Virus record (IMG/VR): IMGVR_UViG_3300013094_000063
Coordinates: 1 to 53,897 of that record
Origin: a virus
Taxonomy: Duplodnaviria > Caudoviricetes
Direction: 5' to 3' (one strand)
DNA: 53,897 nt
Shown here one piece after another: positions 25,070 through 37,000 of the stretch. Numbering within the stretch: position 1 is the first letter of the stretch; each line of letters starts with the position of its first letter. The notes beneath the pieces are model-generated. The model made no database searches and was not told where the DNA came from. It saw only the letters and a program-made list of their open reading frames with translations. The translations under genes were made by a program, and so were the position numbers.

Positions 25070-28000
25070 TTATTTGTCCTCTAATGGATCTCCGTTTGAT
25101 AGTGTCAGTGCAAATCCTGATTTGTCTGTTAGATCCGGATCTCCTCCATAATAGTATGCATCTGGCAATTCAGAGGGTTGATTCTGTAGGAACAGGGCCT
25201 GTGTTGACGTGCTCTGCATTAGGCTCAATGTATTACCAGGGTTCATAGGATCTCGATCATTCCATTCTGTTATGGCCGCATAGTCTCTTTTTACAATATC
25301 TACCCTAACAGGTAAGTGTGATTCCAGGGCTTCTGGTATATTTAGCGTAAGTTGCTGGGTCTCGAGATCCACAGTAAATTCTGGTGGTAAGTAGCTGAGT
25401 CCTTGATATTCATAGCCGAGATAACTGTCTAATCTATTAGATCTCGTGTATACCCATACTTGATTGGTATCTGTAGTTATATAGGCAGTATTCAATACAT
25501 TAGTGACGGGTAAATTAAACACTGAAGCCACAGTAGCAGTGGTAGAAGGTACGCTGGGGCTATCGTAGGCCTTGTTAGTATCTTGGTGGAATATTCCTGT
25601 TTTACGTAAGAGTCTGCCGCCATAGTAGACAGCTACTTGATCTTCTGCAGACAAAGGTATCGAACTGTCTACAGGCTGTGTCTGTAGAGTTATTCCATCA
25701 TTCCTAAAGATATAAGGTACACTGGTGCCTGGATCTCCTTGACCAATGAACCAGGCCTGTACCACGTAACTGCCATCATTAGGTTGGGCAGGAATGTCTA
25801 TTTCTATACTGCCGCTTCCTGTTTTGTAAGTTGTGAGATCTGCAGGATCGAAGGCTCCGGTCGCTGTTGATATGGCTACGGTTCCGTAATTTATCTGGAA
25901 ATCAACTTCTACTAGATTGTCATAAGGCGTCTGGCTCTGTATGCTGGCTCCGGTTCCGTTGGATAACTCTACTATCTTTGTATCATAATAGGTAGTAGTG
26001 CTGACAGTATTGATTATGTAGGTATTGGTGGTACCTATATTGATATAGGTCTGTCTATGGATATTTTCTGCATAAGATATAGTCTGGCTGATTCCTTGAT
26101 CGATGACCTTGGTATAGATCTGACTGTAGTGCTTAGGTGCAGTTCCTAGAGTACCTCTACGCAGTTGAGATAAGACATTGTTGCTAATTTTATAATATTC
26201 TATCCGTTCTCCATCGATGATCACGACACCGGGTATACGTTTACTTGGTATAGGACTGCTTAATACGGAAGAATCGTAAACATGTATTTCGGTATCATAG
26301 ACATAGAGAGGCTGTGTTAGATAGGTAGTGTGTTGTTTGCTTAATCTCTTAAACTGAGTGCGATTGAACATGTCAGTGAATATTCTATAGCCCAATACCG
26401 GATCGCCTTTAGAATTCACGCTGGTAATTATGACTTCTTTTACTTGATCTCCGGTGAACTGATCTGCGACCTGTACAGTGCGTAGGTCATCTAACACGAC
26501 AAAATCGATCTTGTTGATTAAAAATTCCCCGTTTACACTGACCCAAAGATAATTGCTGTTGATCACAGGTCGACTGACCTGATATGCTCCGCTTGTGTTG
26601 CCACTGAATATCTGGGTTTCCATCAATAGAGAATCTTGTTGATTAAATGTTATAACAGTGATCAAATCGCCCGGATTAAGCGGTGTTGCAGGAGTCTGTC
26701 CCGGATCAGTTGATAAGATCAAATTATTGCCCTTGACACGGAAATCATAATTTAGGGCATCATTCAGTGCATATGATATAATTGCCAGTGTATCGCCATA
26801 GGCCAACACCCCAGGAATCGCCACTATGGTCGAATCAGCAAGAGTATAATCATAGCCATAGGCCAATAGTTGACCATTTTTATATGCTCTTACATTTAAG
26901 TTTGTAAAGGGATCTCTATAAGTTCCAAAGCTAGTCGGAATATTGAACGTAGTAGTGACACCGGTATATTGATAATAGGCAATGTCCGGTGGCATGAGTC
27001 GTTTGGTACCTTGATCATTGATCACGTCAACTATCATATTACCTTCAGCAGGACCGGTAGTGCCTGGAGGATAAGTCATGATAAAAGAACTGGTAGATCC
27101 GTCATAGACAAATGACTGTTTCTGTATCTCATTGAAGGACTTGTAGTCACTGTCAAAGAACCATGCCTGTGCTAGATGAGCCGAAGCCGTGGATACATTA
27201 TATATATTCACTGCGGTTCTACGATTCGCGACTGCGTCAACTGTGGTTAATTCATAGTAGGGAGTTGAAGTAGACACTTCTTGAGATATTCCTACACCGT
27301 CTAGAGTCACATAGGCAGATTTCAATAGACTGTCATATGCTCCTAGACTACGTAGTTGTATGCTATCAGTTCCCACAGTGGTAGATTGGTAACTGTAGTC
27401 TACATATTCTGTTCCTTCGACTGTTATTATAGTATAACCAACCACTGCAATATAAGGTTGCGGAGCTACGATCAATAAAGAATTAGCCCAATCTATAGAA
27501 AATTGATTTGTAGAGGTCCAGTTAGTTGACGAATTATACTCAAGTACTGTGTTGTCAAATGTATTTTCTAAATTTACTATGACACCTATACTGTTGGAAT
27601 TAGGAGGTAAAATATCTAATTTAATGCTAATAGTGGTGTTGGCTGCCATACCAAAATATGACGAAAATACCAAAGGAGCACCCGTTGGCCCTTTGGTATA
27701 TACATTTATTCCCAGGCTGTCAGTCGCTTGCCCCGATATTAGTTCTTCTGGAATGAACCCTATATTGTCAGTATAAAACCCGTCCCCATCAACCATCAAG
27801 TTATTTGAATTGACATTTCCGCCTAATAGATATAAACCTGTAGCAGTGTTTAGAGCAAAATCATTCGGTTGGATACCTAGATATGTCATCCAGCTACTGG
27901 AGTTTGAATTATTCCACGATGTAGCTGACGTTGCGACATCTAGGATGCTAAAGTCAGTATTATTACTCCAGAATTCTATAGAAGTACCTGCTGGTATATC

Positions 28001-31000
28001 TCTCCTAGACCCTACCACAGAATTTATTGTAACAGTATTAGTCAAGGTATTGATACCTATAACCATAACCGATGATGTGGTAAATGGAGTAGTATCGTAT
28101 CCTATCACATTGGCATATTGATATAGCTTGATGCCGGCCACCGATGTTAACTCTACTGTAGTGACATTACCTATAGAACTAGAAGTTGTTATAGATGTAA
28201 TAACAGAATAATCAGATACTGCATCATTCCATGCAAATGTGTCGTATGCAGGATAGGGTTCAGTCCAGGCACTGGTATGATCAAATCTGGCACCTTGTAA
28301 TTGCATCCCAGTGTAGGTTAATCCGGAAGTAACTGTGCTAAAATCTGTAACAGAAGTAAAATATCCTATACGTTCAACAGCAGACATCAATTCTACATTT
28401 TTCTTATACCTGATCACAACTATTTGATCACGCTTGGGAATATAATTTAAGAAAACCAATTTACTGTATTTTTTATTATAACCGTTATAGCTACTAGTAT
28501 AATATTTGATCGTGTAATCAGCTATTAAAACTAGATCATTGTCTAATGTCACATCGATCGTCTGTTTATCTGCTTGTGCTAACCACGATAATACAAATTC
28601 AGAGTTGCTTCCATCGCAGTAAAATTCATCAACAACATCAACATTGCCTATTTGGCTCGCTGAAGAAATCCTATCAAATTTAATATCTATAGTATTGGTT
28701 CTGATCCGTCCATTGACTAGATTCAATGAAACTGTAGCTGTTGTTCCTGTGGTTCCTCCTACTATCGAAACAGTAGGCGTTTGTGTATAACCCGATCCAG
28801 GATCGACAACTTCGATGAGATATATTTTTCCACCACCGATATATGCCTGAGCAGTAGCAGTAGTTCCCGACGCTAGATCAGGACTGCTGATTTCTATCGC
28901 AGGTACCGAGGTATATTTTGATCCAGGGTTGATGACGTTGATCGCAGATACACTGTAAGAATAATTATCACTCCATGATTTCCAAGGATACACATTGGTC
29001 AGGGTACTATTGACTTCTACAGTTTCAAATGCTCCGTCTGTGAGGTTATAGTAAGAAGGTAAATCAAAATCTGTATTATAAGAATATTCAAGATCTAGTG
29101 TTGTTTGATTAGTGATAAAATTCCTAATCTGCGTATGATAAGGTTTGACTTCGTTGATATAGTCTTCAAAATAAGCACTATTGGTCAACTTGTATACAGG
29201 ACGTTGATCTAGATTGCCGGCATAGTTTACAACATTTATAAATGTAGTCTTGAATGCCCAGTCTAACAGTTTCTGTTCATATAAGGCATATTTGACTGCT
29301 GTGAAGAAAAACCGATTCCAATTGATTTTTAATTCATCGACAAATATATTATTTTTTAATGCTGATAAAATGTATTCTAATTCAAGATCAGGTGCTTGGT
29401 TATATAGAGTCGTATCAAAATTATTGTATTCGTCGAATCCCAATTGACTGTCTGGAACATCCCATAGGTTGTTACTTAGTTGTATAGTACCGTTCTGTTT
29501 CCATAGCAGATCATAATTATTGCTAAATGTACCATAAGTCGACGAAGTAGGAGTCACGATAGCTGACAGGCCATTTCCTATATTTTTGATCTTGATATAT
29601 TGACCAGGCACTGCCTCGACTAGTGTGCTTAATTCATAGGTCGAATCAACTGTATAGTCGATTATCTTGTATTGGTTGAACCCTGTACTGCTGTAGTCTA
29701 CATAGTCCCAATATAGGGTGGTATTATAGCTCTGTGTATGTATCCTCGCCCATCTATTATTATATGCGTCCCAGGTATGCTTAGACCAACGGCCACCAGC
29801 TTCGCTGTCGCTGAGCACTATGACTGTATAACCTCTCACGGTCAATTCAGGGGCAGAATAATAACCACTTCCTGCCTCAACTATGGTAGCAGATACGATC
29901 TGTCCTAGTTCGTTGATTTCTGTAGTGATCACTGCTGGAGTAGTTGAATCTCCTGTTATCTGTACAGTAGGAGATATCAAATAACCATAGCCGGGATTGA
30001 CGATATCAACCGAAACTACTTGACCATCATATATAGTAGCAGTTAGATTGGCTATGGTGTTAACCGTAAATGCCCGAGTATTGACAGCATCTCTATCTGA
30101 CAGTGTTTCGACAACTTGATCCCATTGGTGACTATATTGGTCAGGAACAGATTCTGATTTATTGAGATTTTCAAAACTATAGTTTCCTGTTATAGGCAAA
30201 TTGATAAGAATACCATTGGTAAAATCTAATAAATTTCTCAAGGCCTGGAATCTATCTACGAATAGACCTTGACGAGGACGGATGCCGACACCATGTGCCT
30301 GTCGAGGATTGAGAGCAGGATCGGGAACTAGATTTCCTTGACTATCGTGACCTATGAGACTGTCTAGCAATTTCTTTTCTAGCAGACTGTTAGGCAGACT
30401 GGTCTGGCTGTTTTCCTGCAACAACAACCATTCTGTATGTCTAGGAACATTGTCTGGATTTAGATCCATCGAGATATTGAGATTGATTCTCGTTCCTACT
30501 GGAGTAGAACCTATATTGGCTAGCGCCATGGCGTCTGCACTTATCGGAGTCGCATATTGTAGACCATAGGCTAGAGGATCTGCTATTATGCTGGCTACCT
30601 GATAAGCACTGATTCTGCGAGAATTAGTCGCAGGAACAACCACTGTGTTTTTTACCCAATAGTAGTAGTAATTACTTAGAGAATCTGTGATCGGATCATA
30701 GGTCTGTTTAACAGCTACAGAAGAATCATCCGGGTATTTAGGTTGTCCACTGATACCTTGGGTCAATCCTGTTACAGTGTCAGCTTGACTGCTCCATTGA
30801 CTAGGCAATAAACTACTGCCTACCCACTCATAAACATCTATACTAGATCCAGGGAATGTTGATCCCCAGTTATTTTTCCTATATTCTAGATCACCCTGTT
30901 CATACCATTGATATTTTACTGTGCTTAGATCCCACCATAGATCCCCTACATGATCATCAGTCCAGTTGGTCGAAGGATTAACCACTGTACCGGTTGATCC

Positions 31001-34000
31001 CACGGCATATACAGCAGGATCGAATAGAGATTTATATTTTATTTCTTGATCAGCTAGACCGGATATATAGCCTTTAGCAGGATCTATAGTTTCTAGATAG
31101 TTGATTACCTTTTCATTATAGGTGTCGATCAATACTAGTCTTTGTATAGTGCTGATGTCAACTAGGTCTTCTTGTGATCTGTAGGCTTCCCAACTGAGTG
31201 CGGCTGTGCTGGTGCTGAAATATTGATAGAAGAAGGATCCTGTTGACTGATTATCGATCGCAGGAGCTCCTACAAATATCGTGTTGTCTTGTGCAATCTG
31301 CAGACTGAAGCCATGGTCTAGTCCTTGATAGGCATCGTGTGGAGGTAGTTCCTCACTGAGGACAAATCTATTGTGCTTTCTATTGTATACATACACAGTT
31401 CCTGTGCGTTCAACTTCAGTAAAGAAATCAGTAGTGCCGCTGTCATCTATTGTAGACACAGTGCTGACTATTTTCTTTCCTCCGATATTTCTAATTTGAT
31501 TTTCGTCGAAGGTAGTGTTGATATAATCTGTACCCAATGCAGATATCACTAGTATGTCTAAAGAATCATTGATCACAATGTCATGACCAAACTTCATTTT
31601 AGAATTGACTAGAGGATTATCTAGGATCTGTACCGTAGCTGTGTTGAACGATCCATTGTTATTTTGGTAGATAGCCACACGACCATATGATTGATTGTTA
31701 TCCGAATAGCTGTATTCATCTAGGGCGCTGACGATTAGGTAACTGCCATCTGCACTGACTTCGACATGCGATCCAAACCCGCCTCCTGCTAAGAACGGCG
31801 ACTGTATGACCTGACTAGTTGCTGTTCCATTAAAGATATGAACTAATCCTGTTCGATCATTGTAACCAGGAGCACCCACGGCGATAACAGTGCCATCACT
31901 GGATCCGCTGATACTGTGTCCCCACTGCATACCGGGTGTAGAGGCTACCGTTGTTAGACTGTTGATATAATTTATGACCAGTGTGGTCGTAGATCCTGTG
32001 GTGAAACTTCCAACTCGATAAGCATATACAGAACCCACAGATGTGGTATCTCCAGGAGCACTGACCAATAATAATTTAGAACTGGTGTTTAACTGGACAT
32101 AGAGACCTGATCCAAAATGTTCTCGACTCTGTGGATAAGGGCTGATCAGAGTCAACAGTCTAGTTTCTTCGTTGCTGACAGGATCTATACTGCTGATAGT
32201 AACTAGACCTTGTTCGACATAACTAGAAGCCGAAGCACCTACCGTGGTTCTAACTACCGCAGAATTCACTGCTCCGACCATAGTGGCTGTAGAGTAGGCA
32301 TAACTGGTTTTAGGAGCACCAGCAAATATCAGTCCGCTGTTGGTTCCCGGATATTGATAATCATCGTATGCTACCGCAGACCCAAATCCAGTCGCAGTGG
32401 AAACTGTTTGATTATAGTAGGGCCTGTTTTCATCAGGATTTAGGAAATATCTAAACCTTGGTATAGGATTGCCATTTACCTTGACATAGGCAGTTACCTT
32501 ACCGTATCCAGCATAGTTCTTAATTGGATCAGGACAGGTAGGACTACCTACCATGAACAATCTATCACCGCCAATCTTACTGATACTATAGCCCAGCTGT
32601 TCATTATAGCCCTTGATACCGTTGGTAACCGGCATAGGATAATAGTTTTGTATTTTGTTGTATACCGTCCAGCGGCCCTTGCCATCTTCTAGATCGCTGT
32701 CGACCCAGAATAGAGAACCTTCAGGCAAAGACAACAATTCAGCATCATTGGGTAAGGTATCAAAGGTCTTGGCCCGTGCTGTAGAAAATTTATAGATCTG
32801 ACCAGCACCGATTGACAGCGTAGAATCTATCGTCTGTATAGTAGATGCTATGCTAAACTGATTGTTAGAAACTATAGACTGTACAATATAGACACCATTC
32901 AATTGGCTGGTATATTTGACTAGGGAAACTATATCACCGGCTGACAGGCCGTGAGGTTTATCAGTTGTAAAAATTATTTCTTGTCCATACACGCCGATCT
33001 CAGCATTGACAACACTGGATTGAGACAGACTATATCTTAGTATATCCCAATCTCCATTTTGTTTGAATCCCAGCCAGGCCGTGTCTCCTAGGTTGATCAT
33101 GTCATTATTTGTTATAGACAGTAGACTATTTTCATTATAGACAGTATAGGTTACATCATCAGATCTTGCATAACCTGCTGTGGGTAATATGTAGGTTCCG
33201 GTCGTAGTATAAAACGTATGTGCAGGATCATAGTTATCGGGTACGATGGCCCAATTGCTAGCTGTGCTGTAATATATTAGACTGTTGCCAGAGGGTAGAG
33301 AATCGACATAATTGATGATCTGCGGATTCTCAAAGAATGTTCCTTCTACTAGAGTAGTTTCTAATTCTTTGTAGGTAGAAAAACTACCGTATTCGCCTAT
33401 ACGGAATGCCCATTCTTCATTATAGTCGATAGTTCCTTGGAAATTTTGTACAGTGGCCTTGGACAACTTTTGAACGGCATTTCGAGTTCCTTTTTCACGG
33501 ATGAATCCTTGATAAAATTTATATTGAGCGATAGGATCTGTAAAAATATTATTTAGATAAACTCGAGGAGTATAGCCTGTGAGATGCTGAGCCATCTTCT
33601 GTTGAGAAGAATCGAAGTTATCAATATCTAAACTATAGAAATCCTGGAACTGATTTATTTTATAATCAAAATTAGGCAGTAGTCCACCTTGAGGTTTCTG
33701 TTCTAGTGCTATCCAATTAGTGACATCAAATGTCGATGCTGGCTCTAGATTTGCCTTGGCAGAATAATAAGTACCATTGTACTGTACTACCTGTGCAGAT
33801 TTATAAGCAGTATTGATCTTCCAATTGCTTATCTCGACATCGTCATAGACAAATCCAGGACTGTATAAATCTCCAGTCCAATCCTTAGTACGGAATCCGC
33901 TCAATTTCATACGCTGTTGCTGATAACCAGTTTCTATGTCATAGATAACATCATTGAAAATGGTCGCATTATTAAAGACCAGACTGTGTTCTTTCTGTAC

Positions 34001-37000
34001 TGAATTTAATCTAGCAAAATAAATTCCGTCGGTAGAAGTAGTAGCCGAGATAATACAGACACCCGCCTGTCTATTGACAAACAAATTATCTTTAGGGAAA
34101 GGTGTTCCGTTGGCCAGTAATAAACTGTATTCATAAAACGTATCAAATAGATTGTCTACAACGCTTTCTTTATAGGAATATTTTATCTGGTCGGCGAAAG
34201 GGCTCAGTGTGATGACATTATTGGCAGCCCAGTTCTGTGTGGTCCAATATAAAAATTCTTTTCCTGAAAATTCCCAATTGATAACATCATTGATCTTGCT
34301 GTTATATTCATCAAATATAAATCCTTGATCTTTCAACCAAGCGCCGTATCCCACTATGATATCATATACTGCCTGTATAGAACCGAATTCCATACCATAG
34401 GGAATCTCTTTTACCACACTGTCAAACTTGTTAGCTATCTGGACAGCGGCACCTCCTGTGGTAGGTAGACCCGGTAACATCTGATAGTAATCTGAATTAA
34501 AACTAGATTCTGCTTGATGACTGATTTTTACTCTATAGTAAGAACCGCCATATGATACGATCTGTCCAGCCTGATAAAACAGGCCACCAGCTCCAACAGC
34601 CGTGGTAGTTTCGACTCCGGTTAACAGACTTCCACCGGCAACAGAACCGTTGGTCCATACTACATAGGGTTCGCTGACACCTCCTACTGTGATAGAAGGA
34701 GTATTGGATGTGCGGATCGGAGTATAGACGCTGAAATAAGGAGACTGCGTGTCGTATCCCTTGATCACAAAAGTTCCATTAGGAGTCTTCTGTACCACCA
34801 TTCCTGATATGCTGGCAGAAATAATAGGATTGCTGACATTCAATCGCAGTGTATAATCTTCAATAGGCAATATAGCACCGGGACTGTTGCTGTTTGGTTC
34901 GTAAGCATCTATGGTAATCTGTAGTTTGTCTTTGCTGACGAATCCACCTACCTTATAAAATAGATTAAAATTAGCATAGCTTAGGTCACTGCGTAATTCT
35001 GAAATATAGTTCTTTGTACGGCGGCTACCTACTTCACTGATCAATTGACTGTATCCGCTGGTCAACTTAGCATTTTCGCCGTGTATGACTAGATCTGTAA
35101 AATTAAAAAATGCGTTGTTACTATAGGTCCACTGACCAGCAATGTTTTTACTGACTCTACTGAGATCATACATCAGTGCGGCGTAGGTAGCTGGTTTAGT
35201 CAGAGCCAATAGGCGTTGTACGGCAAAGGGATAATAACTGCTTCGTCTCCAGGCTGTTTCAACCGGTGCTTGATCTCCGAACTGCCAATTCTGTCTGCGG
35301 TTATATATAGTTACGTTCTGTATCAAAGTAGAAGGATCTACGAGATTTCCACTGATGTCAACGGGAACCAATCCATTTTCTATGATTCCAGGTCTAGCGT
35401 AGACGCTGTAGGTGCCAGCACGCGGGCCCTGACGTATGATTCCTGCTTCAACATCCTGCCATAGAGATTGATATTTTCCTGCATACTCACCTATCCACCA
35501 ATCTGGTTCTTCTGTAAAACCAAACATTTCCCAAGGATTGGTATGAGGGCGATCAGTATCGTATAGATATTTGTAGATACCTCTCCAATAACCTCCTACG
35601 TGTATCCCCAAGGAAGGAATATAACCTCCGAGATAATTCCAGGTAAATGGATCAGCTTCGTCAAATATGGTATTGGCAGTATAATCAACTCCGTTGAGAC
35701 CGGACCACTTGATGAATCCTGACTCCAGTATGTCGGTAGCTTCGCTGAAGCTATATTGACTATTCCTAAAAGCACCCGGAATAACCGAATTGATGTCAAA
35801 CAACTCTGCTCTATACTGTGATTTAATATTGTTATAGATACGTTTTTCAAATTCTAATAATACATCATCTCTGAAGTCATCAAATGCCACTGTGATACTA
35901 CCATCGTGACCTTGTATCACTGTCCTCGGAACCACATAGGTATCGTCTACATATTTTGTTGGATAAAAGCTCGGATATAGTCCCAATTTAGTCGGCGTTG
36001 GAGGCACATAGCAACCGCTGGTATTTGGATATTCTACTACAGTAACGACGTCTCCTTCAGACAACTGTACAAGTACTGTGACGAAAGAGTCGTGTTCTAC
36101 GAAGACATAATCTCGATTCAATACCAACTGTACTCCGTTTAGATAGACCAATACAGAACGTAGATTCAATTCTGTAGTAGAAAACGGACTGCTGATACTG
36201 AAGACATAGTTAGATCTCGTCACGGTATAGGAATTGACCGTCTTATCAGTACCGTGTCCTATCATATCTGATATGTAGTAGGAACTCTGAGGAGTTTTAT
36301 CTTGATTTATTACAGATAAGATTTCGTCGAGAAGAGCCGTTGGATCCTGTTGATCTGTTACTCTATTCATCTGTGCTATGATCTGACTCTTATATTGATT
36401 ATAGTCATTGGCAACAGAATTTATAGCATCAATGATGCTGTGTTCTTTTTTTCCTACGAACATGTCAGCAAAGGCAATAGGATTGATATTAGATATCAAT
36501 CGTGTACCATATTGACTTATATTGGTCAAATCTCTTAGATTACTGGCTCCTGGAAACGATCCCACAAACCCAGGAATCCGTTCAACCATAGTATGTACGT
36601 GATCGCTAAGTTCTGAAAGAGTAAACTGTGAGATCGGACCATTCAACGGATTATTTGTAAGACCTAGAGGTGGTTCATAATATCCGCTAGATGTGATAGA
36701 AGCAGTGGTATAGAATTTCAACAATACATTGGTGCCAGTGTTTAACGTGCTGTTGAAATTTATCTGATAGGTTCCAGAACTAACAGTAGTAAAGGTAGCA
36801 TCATTAGGTAATATTTTAGTGTCTAGATAAGCTTCATATTCAAAAGTCGCAGGAGTTTCTATTGCCGATACTGCGATAGAATTGGTAGCAGTGATTACAG
36901 TTTGGAACTGTATAATAGGTACACTATAGTCGGTTGATGTAGACCATACATTCACATATTGTTCGCCACCTGTGTGTACAAATTTCAAATAAGTCTGACT